Notes: generated from the sequence alone by a model not told the origin. A DNA stretch of 64,000 bases from Muribaculaceae bacterium (GCA_022509085.1 JAFLTW010000002.1:54455-118454); one strand, 5' to 3'; counted from the stretch's first letter, positions 9,174 through 19,882 are shown. Numbers and translations: made by a program.

Positions 9174-10613
9174 TTATTTCCTCACAATCTTTCTGCCTAC
9201 GATGTAGAAACCTTTGGGAAGCGACTGCCAGTCGGCCTCACCGCGACCTACCCGGATTCCCTGAAGATTGAAGATATCGCCCGTTTCTGTGGCGCCTTCA
9301 ACGGCAATCTCTTCCACAGCTGCCTCGTTGAAGAGTCCGAGTGTGGATATGCGCAGTCCGCTGGGCTTGTTGCCTATGGTGTCTTTGAGACGCAAAGTGA
9401 CTTTCCCTGCGGGAAGCTCCACGAGAGTGGCATAATTCCGGTAGGCAGTGTCGCTGTTGGGCATATCGGGAGTGAAGGTGTCTGAGATAGCCTTTTCATT
9501 GCCGCCCTCTATCAGATACCACTGGAGCACGGGGTCAAAACGTGTGGGTTCGCCGTATCCGGAAACGTTCATCACGATGTTGTATTTTCCGGCTGCGGGC
9601 ACCTCAAACTGCCAGGCGGCATTGGCGCCGTTGGTAAACTCGCTGATCTCTATGGGAAGCGGATTCAGGGAGTCGAGCGTGTCGAAAAGATTGAGGTTGT
9701 AGCTCTCCACATACTTTGTGGCGCCTACCATCTCTTCCACGGGGTGCCAGACTTCGAAGTCTGCTGCCTCAAGCATATGGACATAGACGTTTCCCTGCGG
9801 TGTGAGCATCCAGGGGTCGAGCGAACTACCCGATTTCATGACGAGACCGTAGTTCGGCCCCTTGTTTGAATCATAGTTGCCCACGGCCTTAAACCATGCA
9901 TAGCGGAATATCCATTCTGTGGTCTCCAGCCATTCGAGGGTGGCATTCATGCTTTTTATCTGGCTTTCGGGAGAAACGTAATCGTTGGAATTCCCTTCGT
10001 TGGGCCAGAGGCAGAATTCAGTCACCCAGACGTCTTTGCCATAACGGTTGTGGAAATTGCCTGCAAGTGTCTTCATTACATCGAGGCCTCCATAATTGTG
10101 GATGGCCACATAGTCGAAAGCATCGTTGCCTACAAGCGCCACGAATTCATCCATCCATTTGAGAGGGTCGGTGTAGGGTGGATTCGGACTGTAGTTCATG
10201 GCCGGTGCCACGAGTTTCAGACCCAGTTCCTTGGCAAGCGCCTGTACTGCCGGCCATGCGGCGGCGGCAACTTCGGGCGTCATGTTGGCCTGGTTGGTAA
10301 AGTTGGGCTCGTTGAAACCAAGCAGATACTTGGTGTTGGGGTGTGTCTTGCAATATTCACGGATATTGTCGGCGTTGTAGTTGCCGTTCCAGCACATGGG
10401 CACGTATTCAATCCCCTCGTAGTCGGAGATACCGTCGTAGCCCTTGCCGGGGACATTGCCCCAGTTGTAATACCAGGTTACGCCCGGCTCGAGGGCCTCC
10501 AGCTGCGAGACGAGCTGGAAGTTGCTCTCGCTCACGCCTCGCTTGCTTGATTTGGCAAAACCCGACAGGGTCGCGGCTGCCATGAGTGCAAATGCTATAT
10601 ACCTTAGTTTCAT
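9174..10613 (-). CDS. GH128-like beta-1,3-glucanase with CBM-like module and T9SS-type C-terminal tail
   Basis: WYYNW, YVPMCW, LLGFNEPN and VWVTEF (clan GH-A catalytic Glu pair); C-terminus DIFNLQGIRV...LPKGFYIV. Confidence 0.8.
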   Translation of the reverse strand: MKLRYIAFALMAAATLSGFAKSSKRGVSESNFQLVSQLEALEPGVTWYYNWGNVPGKGYDGISDYEGIEYVPMCWNGNYNADNIREYCKTHPNTKYLLGFNEPNFTNQANMTPEVAAAAWPAVQALAKELGLKLVAPAMNYSPNPPYTDPLKWMDEFVALVGNDAFDYVAIHNYGGLDVMKTLAGNFHNRYGKDVWVTEFCLWPNEGNSNDYVSPESQIKSMNATLEWLETTEWIFRYAWFKAVGNYDSNKGPNYGLVMKSGSSLDPWMLTPQGNVYVHMLEAADFEVWHPVEEMVGATKYVESYNLNLFDTLDSLNPLPIEISEFTNGANAAWQFEVPAAGKYNIVMNVSGYGEPTRFDPVLQWYLIEGGNEKAISDTFTPDMPNSDTAYRNYATLVELPAGKVTLRLKDTIGNKPSGLRISTLGLFNEAAVEEIAVEGATETGDIFNLQGIRVGRGEADWQSLPKGFYIVGRKIVRK

Positions 10614-10627
10614 ATTTTGTGTCCTTC

Positions 10628-12850
10628 TTATTTGATTGCAAAAGCTACGGGTGTGCCCGATGCGGAGTCGCCGGCTACCCAGAGCTGGAAGTCGCCGGGT
10701 TCCACCACATATTCATTCTTCAGGTTGGTGAAGCCGAGGGAGGAGGCGGGGAGATTGAACACTACGGTCTTCGTCTCGCCGGGTTGCAGACTGATTTTCT
10801 GGAAATCCTTGAGTTCCTTTACAGGACGGGCCAGCGAACCCACGAGGTCGCGTACATAGAGCTGGGCCACCTCGCTGCCTGCCACCGAACCGCTATTGGT
10901 GACGTCGCATACCACTGTTACAGAGCCGTCGGGAGCGATCTCAGCGGACGAGAGGCGCGGTGTGCCGTATTCAAACGTGGTGTAGCTCAGGCCGTAACCG
11001 AAGGGGAAGGCGGGGCCGTCGCCGGCATCCAGGAAGAAGGAGGTGCAGCCTGTGGAGGTCTGACCTGCCTCGAGCTCGATGTCGTCGATATATGTGATGC
11101 CTTCGGCGGGACGTCCGGTGTTCTTGTGGTTGTAATAGAGGGGAAGCTGACCCACCATCTTCGGGAAAGAGACGGGGAGCTTGCCCGAGGGGTTCACCTC
11201 GCCGCTGAGAACGTTGACGATGCCGGGTCCGGCCATCGTGCCGCCGTGAAACAGGTAAACCACTGCGTCGCAGAGCTCAGCGTCGTCGGCTATCGTCAGG
11301 GGTCGGCCGGCCTGCACTATCATCACTACCGGTTTGCCTGCCATCTTGAGTTCGCGCAGCAGCTCTTTCTGGGCGCCGGGGAGGTTGATGTCGGCCCGTG
11401 AGTGAGCCTCGCCAGAGAGAACGGCTTCCTCGCCGGCGAAGTAGAGCACCACGTCTGCTCCCTGAGCAGCCTTGAGTGCCTCCTCGAAGCCGTCATGTTT
11501 CCGGTCGCGGCTGTGGGCGAGTCCCTTGGCATATTTCACTTTCTTGCCCCATTTCTCATTGAGTGTCATGAGCGGGGTCACGCTGTGTTCTTTCTCGAGG
11601 TCAAACACCCATGTGCCTGCCTGGTCATGCTGTGCATCGGCCATCGGACCAACCACGGCTACCGTTTTTACTGCGTTGAAGTCGATGGGGAGGACGCCGT
11701 TGTTCTTGAGCAGTATGGCGCTCTCCTCCACAGCCCTGCGGGCTGCGTCGAGGCTGGCAGGTGCGTAGAAGGCCACGGCCGTCTCATCTACGTAGGGATT
11801 GTCGAAAAGGCCGAGTTTATACTTAAGGCGGAGCACGTTGGCCACCATTGCGTCGAGTTCGTCCATGCTCACCTCACCCGAGGCCACAAGGTCTGCGAGG
11901 TGTTGCGTGTAGGCATAGTTTTCCATATCCACGTCTACCGTTGCCTTGGCGCCCTGGAGAGCAGCCTCGCGCAGGTCGCGGCTGAAGCCGTGGTTGCGCA
12001 TCTGCTCTATTGAGCCCCAGTCGCTGACGATAAGACCGTTCCAGCCCCATTCATCGCGCAGGATGTCGTGAAGCAGGTAGCGGTTGCCAGACGAGGGCAC
12101 ACCGTTGATGTCGTTAAATGAGCACATGAATGTGGCTGCTCCGGCATCGGCGGCTGCCTTGAAGGGGGGGAGATAGACGTCGCGGAGCAACACTTCGGGT
12201 ATCCAGGTGGTGTTGTAGTCCTTGCCGCTCTCGGCCGCGCCGTAGCCTGCGAAGTGTTTCACACAGGCAGCCATAGTGTTGGGCTTGGAGAGGTCGTCGC
12301 CCTGGTAACCTTCCACCATAGCCACGCCGAGGCGCGAGGCCAGCACGGGGTCTTCGCCGAAGCCCTCGGCTATACGGCCCCAACGGGCGTCGCGTGCTAT
12401 GTCGACCATCGGGGAAAAGGTCCAGCGCACTCCCACGCTCGAGGCTTCGTCGGCGGCGATGCGGGCTCCCTGGCGCACCACGTCTTCGTTCCACGAGGCT
12501 GCCTGACCGAGGGGAATGGGGAAGATGGTCTTAAATCCGTGGATCACGTCGCGGGCTATGATGAGGGGGATGCCGAGACGTGAATTCTCAACGGCCTGAC
12601 GCTGCAGGGCGTTGACCGTGGCGGGGTCTACCTCGTTGAGGAGGCTCCCCACCTTGCCCTCGGCCACGAGGGCCACCATGCCGGGGTCGAGGCCGCGGCC
12701 GGAGAGCTGGTTGAGCTGCCCTACCTTCTCCTCTACCGTCATCTTGCCGATGAGGTCGGCGACGGCGGCGTCGATTTCCGCCTCAGTGAGCGGTGCGGCC
12801 ATGGCCGTCAGTGCTGTAAGGCCTAAAAGGCCCAGTAATATCTTTTTCAT
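10628..12850 (-). CDS. bglX: GH3 beta-glucosidase
   Basis: DVIHG, RDARWGR, KHFAGYG, VSDW, FPFGYGLSYT, Fn3-like C-terminus. Confidence 0.95.
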   Translation of the reverse strand: MKKILLGLLGLTALTAMAAPLTEAEIDAAVADLIGKMTVEEKVGQLNQLSGRGLDPGMVALVAEGKVGSLLNEVDPATVNALQRQAVENSRLGIPLIIARDVIHGFKTIFPIPLGQAASWNEDVVRQGARIAADEASSVGVRWTFSPMVDIARDARWGRIAEGFGEDPVLASRLGVAMVEGYQGDDLSKPNTMAACVKHFAGYGAAESGKDYNTTWIPEVLLRDVYLPPFKAAADAGAATFMCSFNDINGVPSSGNRYLLHDILRDEWGWNGLIVSDWGSIEQMRNHGFSRDLREAALQGAKATVDVDMENYAYTQHLADLVASGEVSMDELDAMVANVLRLKYKLGLFDNPYVDETAVAFYAPASLDAARRAVEESAILLKNNGVLPIDFNAVKTVAVVGPMADAQHDQAGTWVFDLEKEHSVTPLMTLNEKWGKKVKYAKGLAHSRDRKHDGFEEALKAAQGADVVLYFAGEEAVLSGEAHSRADINLPGAQKELLRELKMAGKPVVMIVQAGRPLTIADDAELCDAVVYLFHGGTMAGPGIVNVLSGEVNPSGKLPVSFPKMVGQLPLYYNHKNTGRPAEGITYIDDIELEAGQTSTGCTSFFLDAGDGPAFPFGYGLSYTTFEYGTPRLSSAEIAPDGSVTVVCDVTNSGSVAGSEVAQLYVRDLVGSLARPVKELKDFQKISLQPGETKTVVFNLPASSLGFTNLKNEYVVEPGDFQLWVAGDSASGTPVAFAIK

Positions 12851-14001
12851 TTTACGATGATTTTCTTGGTTGTGTTCCCGCTCTTTACGATATAGAGTCC
12901 GGGGGTGAGACGGCTTAAGGCTTCGTCGGCGGAAGCAGCGTGAGCCACACGGAGACCGCCGGCGTTAAAAACCGTCACACCTTCCTGTGCGTTGCCCGCT
13001 ACCTCGGCGATGCCATCAGTTCCGCCGGGGTTGTCAGTGCCACCGGGAGTCACATCCTCTAAGTCATCGCCCGGCACGTTGGCGTGGAAGGTCTCGTTAT
13101 CGACTCCCTTCTGGTAGATCTTCAGGTAGTTGACATACATGGAGGCCTCCTGTCCGTTTGCATCGTTCAAGGCCGTGATTTTTGCGGCATCCCATATCCC
13201 GGTGAAATTCCCACCTATCGCGAGGTCAAAGATAATGAAGTTGGGTTTGTGGAAGTAATTGCCGGCACACCATCCATCGTTCCAATCTATTTTGGAAATG
13301 TCGATTTCATAATAGGGCGCCTTTTCGGGATATTTGTCCATATCCACATACATGCGGATAAAATTTTGATCCCAAATGCAGGTGTATAGGTGGAATGCAT
13401 TGTCCTGCAGGGAATAATCCCAAGTAGCGTCTCTGGCATAATCGCCAACTTGGTCCCATCTTGTTCCCCAATGGCACGCACCATTAAAATACCTCTCGGA
13501 GGTGCCTCTGTTCATGCCGTTTGAATTGCCCATTTCAAGAATGTCGGTTTCGCCGCAGGCGGGCCAGCCCACCTCCGAGAAATCGTCGCCCATCATCCAG
13601 AATGCGGGCCAGAGCCCGTTGGCTGTCTTGGGAAGTTTGATGGAAGCCTCAACCTTGCCGTGGGTGAAGGTTACCTTGTGGAGGGTGTTGAGGCGTCCGG
13701 AAGTGAATTTTTTACCTTTATAATCTTCGCGTCTGGCCGTGAGGATAAGGCATCCGTTGCCCTGGCCGTCGTCGCCGACGCTGACGTTTTCTGCTTTGTA
13801 GTATTGGAGCTCGTTGTTGCCGCCGCCGTCGCCGTTCACCTCGATTACCCAGCGGTCAAGGTTGAGCTCGCCGCCGTCGAAGAGGTCTTGCCATACGAGC
13901 TTATAGCCGTCGGTTTCTCCTGAGCCTACCTGGGGCTCTGCGGCAAATGAGGAAATGAGAGGAAGGGAGAGAAGAATGAGGGGGGTAAAATATTTGGTCA
14001 T
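12847..14001 (-). CDS. GH16 beta-1,3-glucanase (laminarinase type) with T9SS-type tail
   Basis: GGGNNELQYY, WPAFWM, WPACGETDILE (ExDxxE); C-terminus VFNAGG...LTPGLYIVK. Confidence 0.93.
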   Translation of the reverse strand: MTKYFTPLILLSLPLISSFAAEPQVGSGETDGYKLVWQDLFDGGELNLDRWVIEVNGDGGGNNELQYYKAENVSVGDDGQGNGCLILTARREDYKGKKFTSGRLNTLHKVTFTHGKVEASIKLPKTANGLWPAFWMMGDDFSEVGWPACGETDILEMGNSNGMNRGTSERYFNGACHWGTRWDQVGDYARDATWDYSLQDNAFHLYTCIWDQNFIRMYVDMDKYPEKAPYYEIDISKIDWNDGWCAGNYFHKPNFIIFDLAIGGNFTGIWDAAKITALNDANGQEASMYVNYLKIYQKGVDNETFHANVPGDDLEDVTPGGTDNPGGTDGIAEVAGNAQEGVTVFNAGGLRVAHAASADEALSRLTPGLYIVKSGNTTKKIIVK

Positions 14002-14043
14002 GATTATTTAGTTGAGATAAGGGATGAAAAGAGAGGAAAGGTT

Positions 14044-14078
14044 TTATAAAAGGGGCGGAATGCTTATCCGCCCCTCTT
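14044..14078 (-). terminator. Intrinsic terminator inside the PUL
   Basis: Stem AGGGGCGGA (14051-59)/TCCGCCCCT (14067-75) followed by T-rich tract on minus strand. Confidence 0.75.
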
Positions 14079-14095
14079 ATATGGGGAAGCAATAA

Positions 14096-15070
14096 TTACT
14101 TCATGATCTTAACGATAGAGTTGCCGCTCTTGGCTACGTAGATGCCGTTGCCGAGTTCGCTGATGCCGAGAACAGTGCCGGTGGCGCTCTTGATCATACG
14201 GCCGCTGAGGTCGTAGAGAGCGATGCCATTGCCGTTGGCTACGTTGATGGTGTTGCGGGTAACGATGAACTGAGCGTCGTCGGCCACTTTACCTACAGCG
14301 TTGTCTTCCATTTCGGCAGGAGTGTAGAAGAACATGTTGTCGATAGAGAAGGACTGACCTTGAACACCGCCACCAAGTACGGATACTACGTTGCCTTCCC
14401 AAGGATTGGCGTTCTTCCAGTCGAAAGAGGGGTAGAATTTCTTGAGTTCAGCGAAAGAGAGGTCGAGACCTGCCCATTCGTCAGACACCTTCGGGCCTAC
14501 AGAAGGATAAACGTTATTACCATCCTGGAAGTTCTCGCCGAGAGCCACCTTGGCGGGGCTGCCGTCGTGAGTGTTGCCGTTTTCACCCTCACCGGTGATG
14601 TTACCGCCGTCGGCAATCACGAAAGCAAGAGATGTGGGAGCAGTGCCTGCCGTGCGGGTAGCAACGTGGAAACGGGTGTTTTCGTTCCAGTTGGAGGCAT
14701 CGGCCTTTGCGTCAATGCTGATAAACCAGCCTGCGCCACTCCAACCTACAGTTCCTACTTCAAGGTTGGGGTATTCATATTCGCCGACGAGAATGCCATC
14801 ATAACCTACTGCGGGATATCCGGTGTTGACACCTACGAAAGTATTGTCCCATACATAGAGGAAGCGGGTCTCGTCGTTTACACGCCAGTCCGTTACTTCC
14901 TGACCTGCGCCTTCGAGGGCTGTAACTACCTCATCGGCTGCTACAACGAGGTTGTAGACTGCCTTCTGACCTTCAACAACTGTTCCGGCTACGTCGGGAG
15001 TTGCGGTTTCCTGTGCACCTGCGCTCACTGCGAGAGCGGCGAATGCTGCGAAAAGAGTAAATTTTTTCAT
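14096..15070 (-). CDS. Secreted non-catalytic PUL protein with T9SS type-A sorting domain (putative glycan-binding)
   Basis: Type I signal peptide; Trp-rich body; C-terminus IALYDLSGRMI...GIYVAK. Confidence 0.7.
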   Translation of the reverse strand: MKKFTLFAAFAALAVSAGAQETATPDVAGTVVEGQKAVYNLVVAADEVVTALEGAGQEVTDWRVNDETRFLYVWDNTFVGVNTGYPAVGYDGILVGEYEYPNLEVGTVGWSGAGWFISIDAKADASNWNENTRFHVATRTAGTAPTSLAFVIADGGNITGEGENGNTHDGSPAKVALGENFQDGNNVYPSVGPKVSDEWAGLDLSFAELKKFYPSFDWKNANPWEGNVVSVLGGGVQGQSFSIDNMFFYTPAEMEDNAVGKVADDAQFIVTRNTINVANGNGIALYDLSGRMIKSATGTVLGISELGNGIYVAKSGNSIVKIMK

Positions 15071-15141
15071 GCTCTTTTTGATTTTAAATGGTTAAAAATT
15101 AGGTTTATTGTCAATATTATTTAAGTGGGAGCTACCCGGGA

Positions 15142-16743
15142 TTAGTATCCCGGGTTCTGCTCCATCGGATTCAGGATTATCTCTTCGGAGGGGATGGGGA
15201 AGAGTTCGTGCTTGCCCGGGATGAACGAAGCCATCTCGGCGCGCGCTTCTGGCGACTCGTTGCTGCCGTAGGAGCCGTTGTCTTTGTCCATCACTTCGGC
15301 AGCGATACCCCAACGTACGAGGTCAAACCAACGGTGGCCCTCCATGGCGAGCTCTACGCGGCGTTCGTGGCGAAGGGCCTTGCGGAGGTCGTCGGTATTG
15401 TCGCTGAAGCCGAGATAGCCGGGGAAGGCGGGAAGCACACCGGCCGTAGAGGCCATGGCACGGGCGCGGGCCCTTACGTTCTCAAGCATGGTCTTGGCCA
15501 CGCCGAGGTCCTTCCCACTCTCGAGTGCAGCCTCTGCATACATGAGCATTACGTCTGAGAGACGCACAAGGCGATAGTTGAGCGGTCCGCGTGAGGCGTG
15601 GTCGAGAGCCGGGAAGGTGCCGGCCTCATACATCGCCGTCTTTATGTTGTAGTAGGGAGAGCCGAGATAGTTCACCTCCACTTCCTGGAGTCCGGCAGCG
15701 TCAGGCACGCCGATGGTCTCCTCGAGGCGCGGGTCGCCGACCTCAAATTCGTCGTAGAGGTTCTGAGTGGGATGGTCCCAGCCCCAGCCGGCGTTGCCTC
15801 CGAGAGAGCTCATGCGCGGACGCGTCATGATGATGGAGAAGGTGCCGCGGGTGAAGCCGAAGCCCTCCCCATAGTCGGATGTCGGGTCGGCCATATACTG
15901 GATCTCAAACACGCTTTCAGCTCCGTTTTCTCCGGCGAGGTTGAAGTTGTCGGCATAATTGGTGAAGAGCGAGTATTCCCCTGCCTGGTCTTCCATGAAT
16001 TTCTTGCCCCAATTATAAGCCTCGTCATAATTGTGGTTGTAGAGGTTGGCCTTGAGCAGATATGCCTGGGCTGCTCCTTTCGTGGCGCGTCCTGCATCCT
16101 CGGGTTCGTATTTGCTCTTGTTCCAAAGCTTTGCCTCGGCCTCCGTGAAGTCGCTGATGATGTGATCGTACACTTCGGCTGCCGTTGCCCTGGGCTGCTG
16201 CCATTTGTCGGCCGACTCAATCACGTCGTCAATCAGAGGCACACCGCCGAAAATCCTCACGAGCTGGAAATAGTAGAGCCCACGAAGGAAGTAGGCCTCA
16301 CCCAGAAGGCGCTCCTTGAGCTCTTCGGGAAGTGTCTCGTCAGGTTCGTAGCCGCTCACCTCGCGCAGAGCGAGATTGCAGCGGATGATGCCCTGATATT
16401 TGGCGCGGTAATAGTCGAGCAATATGGTGTTGTTGACGTTTACCTTGAAGTTGTCGATGTCGTAGGCATCAGAGCCGTCAGCCACGTTCTGGCCCCCTTT
16501 CAGGGCATCGTCGCTGGCAATGTCGCCTATCATCCATTCCGAGAAGTAAGTCTTGTTAAACTCCCATGCCAATGGTGTGTAGCAACCGTTGACGGTCTGC
16601 ACGCAGGCCTCGCCGGTGTGGAAGAAGTCTCCGAGTTCCGTGCTGCCCGGGCTCGGCTCGCCAAGCCAGTCGTTGCATGAGGTGAGGCCAGCGGCTGCTG
16701 CCAGCGCTATGGCTCCTATATATATTTTCTTTATCGTTATCAT
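15142..16743 (-). CDS. susD: SusD/RagB lipoprotein
   Basis: Lipobox LTSC; GEAYFLRGLYYF.LVR.FGGVPL; RLSDVMLMYAEA; ERRVELAMEG.RWFDL. Confidence 0.96.
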   Translation of the reverse strand: MITIKKIYIGAIALAAAAGLTSCNDWLGEPSPGSTELGDFFHTGEACVQTVNGCYTPLAWEFNKTYFSEWMIGDIASDDALKGGQNVADGSDAYDIDNFKVNVNNTILLDYYRAKYQGIIRCNLALREVSGYEPDETLPEELKERLLGEAYFLRGLYYFQLVRIFGGVPLIDDVIESADKWQQPRATAAEVYDHIISDFTEAEAKLWNKSKYEPEDAGRATKGAAQAYLLKANLYNHNYDEAYNWGKKFMEDQAGEYSLFTNYADNFNLAGENGAESVFEIQYMADPTSDYGEGFGFTRGTFSIIMTRPRMSSLGGNAGWGWDHPTQNLYDEFEVGDPRLEETIGVPDAAGLQEVEVNYLGSPYYNIKTAMYEAGTFPALDHASRGPLNYRLVRLSDVMLMYAEAALESGKDLGVAKTMLENVRARARAMASTAGVLPAFPGYLGFSDNTDDLRKALRHERRVELAMEGHRWFDLVRWGIAAEVMDKDNGSYGSNESPEARAEMASFIPGKHELFPIPSEEIILNPMEQNPGY

Positions 16744-16750
16744 AGTCTGT

Positions 16751-19700
16751 TTAGTATGAAATGTTTACACCAAAGAGGAATGACTGGGCCTGAGGATAGT
16801 TGCCGTAGTCTACACCGCCGTTCACCTCGGGATCGTAGCCCGAATATTTGGTGATGGTGAAGACGTTGCTTATCTGCACGTAGAAACGGCAGTTTTTCAG
16901 ACCGCTCTTGCCGAGTACCTTCTCCGGGAGCGTGTAGCCAACCTGAAGGTTCTTGAGGCGGAAGTATGCACCGCTCTCAAGGAAACGGTCGCTCACGTAG
17001 TAGTTGATGCTGTTTTTCGGGTTGGGTATGCTTCCGTTGGGGTTGTTTTCCGTCCAGGCATCGGCCATTACTGGAGAGAGAACGGAGGTGGAGCCGTTGC
17101 TCTCGAGGCGGTGGCGCATCTGGTTGTAGATCTTGTTGCCGCCCACGCCCTGGAAGAAGAGATTGATGTCGAAGTCTTTCAGGAAGGCTGTGAAGTTGAT
17201 GCCGTAGTTGATCTTCGGGATCGAGCTGCCCAGATAGACGCGGTCTTTGTCGTTGATGATGCCGTCGCCGTTGTTGTCGCGATATTTGGAGTCGCCGGCG
17301 TGGAAGGGTGTCGACGATGCGTCGTAGCCGGGAAGATAATCGAGCACTTCCTGGTCGGTGCGGTAGATGCCGTCATACTGATAGCCCCAGTAGTAGTAGA
17401 GAGGCTGGTTGATGTCTACCACCTGCACGGAGCCGTAGTTGGTGTAGATGGGTGAGCCGCCGTTGAGCTGTGTCAGCTTGTTGTCGATAAAGGAGATGTT
17501 GCCGCTCACGTTGTAGTGGAACCACTCGTTGACCGTATTGCGGTGTTCGAGAGAGATTTCGATACCGCGGTTGCGCACGCGCCCTACGTTGGCCATACCG
17601 GCGTAGCGGTTGCCCACGTGTGCCGGCGCGTTGACACTCATCAGCATGTCGTTGGTGTTGCGGATAAAGCCGTCGACCGAACCGGTGAGCTTGTTGTTGA
17701 AGAAGCCGAAGTCGACACCAAGACTCCACTGCTCGGTGTTTTCCCAGTGGCCGCCGTTGTTGATCCATGTAAGCACTGCGGCTGCGTTGGCGATGGAGGG
17801 CACCATGCCGAAGGGATAGCCCACGAACGTCGGGCCGTTGTTGAACATGTTGAGGATGAAGGCGTCGTTGCCGATGTTGTCGTTGCCCACCTTACCCCAG
17901 CCGAAGCGGAGCTTCATGTCGGAGATGGCGGTGACGTCGCGCAGGAAGCTCTCGTTGCTCATCCTCCATGCGAGGGCAAACGAGGGGAAGTAGCCCCAGT
18001 GGTGTTCGGGGAACTTGCTCGAGCCGTCGGCGCGGAAGTTGACGGTAGCAAGGTAGCGGCTGTCGTAGCTGTAGTTGACACGGCCGAGCCACGACTGGCG
18101 GCGGTTGCGGGCCACTCCGTCGCTCGGGGTACCGAAGTCGTCGGTAACCTGGGAGAGATACCAGTTGCGCTCAATCGGGTTGATGATCGAGGAGCCGGAG
18201 TTGCCGATGGAGTAATAGTTGTATTCCTCTACCGTGAAACCTACCATAGCGGAGAGGTCGTTCTTGCCGAAGGTGTTGGTGTAGGTGAGGATGTTGTCAA
18301 CGTTCCAATAGTAAGAGCGGGATATGGAAGACGAGAGGAAGTTCTTCTCACGCTGGTCGTAAGCCGATACCTCGTAGGCATCCATGAAGCTCTTGTTTGT
18401 GTTGATGAGGTAGTCGAAACTGTAGGCCGAGTGCAGAATGAAGTGCTTCACCGGCGTCAGGTCGATATAGACGTTGCCCACCCAGCGCTCGTTGCGGCTC
18501 TTGGGGTGGCTGTATTCTATCATGCTCAGAGGGCTGGTGACGTTTTTGAAGTTGGAGCCGGCGGCTATCTTGCCGCTCATGTCCTCGCCTTTACGGTTGA
18601 CGGAACCCTCCGGATAGCGGGTGGGATCCCAGGGAGCCATGGCGAAGGCGGCCGAGATGATGTTGGCGCCGGCGCTCTCGCTGTTGTCGCCGCTCTCATA
18701 CGCGTTTTTGGCTACGGAGGCCATGAAGCTGATGTTCTCGCCTATCTTGAGCCAGGGGAAGGCCTGATAGCTCGTGTTGAGTCGGCCGGTGAAACGGCTG
18801 TAGTCGGAGCCCTTGATGATACCCTGCTGGCCGAACCAGCTGCCGGAGGCGCTGTAGCTGAACTGCTCCGATCCTCCCTCGAGGGCGAGGTGATAGTTCT
18901 GGATCAGACCCGTGCGGAACACCTCGTCCTGCCAGTCCGTGTTCTGTGAGGCATAGTCGAAGCCCGTAGGATTCGTCTCTGGGTCGTAAATGGTGGGATA
19001 ATAGTCTGACGCGCCTACGCCGAGGAATGTGCCGAGCCATTTGTTGAACCCGTACTCCTCATAATATGTGCGCGATGTGTTGTTGGCGTTGATGTTGATG
19101 TAGGCGTCGGCAAACTCGCTGGCGTTCATCACGTCGAGTTTCTTCCAGCGGCGCTGGAAACCTACGTAGCCGTCGAATGTGATGCGGGCGTTCTGCTTCT
19201 TGCCGCTGCGGGTGGTGACGATGATCACACCGTTGGCGCCGCGCGAACCGTAGATAGCGGTGGCGGATGCGTCCTTCAGAATCTCCGTGTGCTCTATGTC
19301 GTTGGGGGAGAGGAAGGAGATGTCGTCGGTGATCACGCCGTCTACCACGTAGATAGGGCTGGCGCCGTTGATGGTGCCGACACCACGGATGCGAACCTCG
19401 GCCGATGCGCCCGGCCTACCCGTGAGGGAGTTGACCGTTACGCCGGCTGCCTGGCCCTGAAGGGCGTTGGCAAGCGATGATGCCGGGGTCTTTGTCAGTT
19501 TGTCGCTGCCGATGGTAGACACGGAGCCCGTTACGTCGCTCTTCTTTACCGTGCCGTAACCGATGGCCACAACCTCCTGAAGCATCTCTGCGGCACTCTC
19601 AAGGGCGAAGTCAATCTTGGTGACGCCGGCAGCAACCTTCTTCTCGGCTGCCTTGTAGCCGACGTAGCTCACCACCAGCGTCTGGCCCGGAGCAACGTCG

Positions 19701-19882
19701 AGTGTATAGTTTCCGTCAAGATCCGTGGCCACTCCCGTGCCCGGTTTCTCCTTCACCATGACCGTTGCCCCGATCAGGGGCTCGCCGTCGGCGGCATCTG
19801 TGACGACACCGCTCACCCGCTCGGCCAGTACGGAAACAATTGAAATTGTTGAAAGCGTTAATAAGAGTAAAAACCTTTTCAT
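16751..19882 (-). CDS. susC: SusC/RagA TonB-dependent transporter
   Basis: DIE..EILKDASATAIYGSRGANGVII; start set at MKRF (19882). Confidence 0.97.
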   Translation of the reverse strand: MKRFLLLLTLSTISIVSVLAERVSGVVTDAADGEPLIGATVMVKEKPGTGVATDLDGNYTLDVAPGQTLVVSYVGYKAAEKKVAAGVTKIDFALESAAEMLQEVVAIGYGTVKKSDVTGSVSTIGSDKLTKTPASSLANALQGQAAGVTVNSLTGRPGASAEVRIRGVGTINGASPIYVVDGVITDDISFLSPNDIEHTEILKDASATAIYGSRGANGVIIVTTRSGKKQNARITFDGYVGFQRRWKKLDVMNASEFADAYININANNTSRTYYEEYGFNKWLGTFLGVGASDYYPTIYDPETNPTGFDYASQNTDWQDEVFRTGLIQNYHLALEGGSEQFSYSASGSWFGQQGIIKGSDYSRFTGRLNTSYQAFPWLKIGENISFMASVAKNAYESGDNSESAGANIISAAFAMAPWDPTRYPEGSVNRKGEDMSGKIAAGSNFKNVTSPLSMIEYSHPKSRNERWVGNVYIDLTPVKHFILHSAYSFDYLINTNKSFMDAYEVSAYDQREKNFLSSSISRSYYWNVDNILTYTNTFGKNDLSAMVGFTVEEYNYYSIGNSGSSIINPIERNWYLSQVTDDFGTPSDGVARNRRQSWLGRVNYSYDSRYLATVNFRADGSSKFPEHHWGYFPSFALAWRMSNESFLRDVTAISDMKLRFGWGKVGNDNIGNDAFILNMFNNGPTFVGYPFGMVPSIANAAAVLTWINNGGHWENTEQWSLGVDFGFFNNKLTGSVDGFIRNTNDMLMSVNAPAHVGNRYAGMANVGRVRNRGIEISLEHRNTVNEWFHYNVSGNISFIDNKLTQLNGGSPIYTNYGSVQVVDINQPLYYYWGYQYDGIYRTDQEVLDYLPGYDASSTPFHAGDSKYRDNNGDGIINDKDRVYLGSSIPKINYGINFTAFLKDFDINLFFQGVGGNKIYNQMRHRLESNGSTSVLSPVMADAWTENNPNGSIPNPKNSINYYVSDRFLESGAYFRLKNLQVGYTLPEKVLGKSGLKNCRFYVQISNVFTITKYSGYDPEVNGGVDYGNYPQAQSFLFGVNISY

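Noticed and set aside
15598-18949. Long antisense ORFs over susC/susD (also 36644-37795, 37699-38709, 52066-53583 and many others)
   Set aside because: Shadow ORFs expected opposite GC3-rich genes; no motifs or expression signals.
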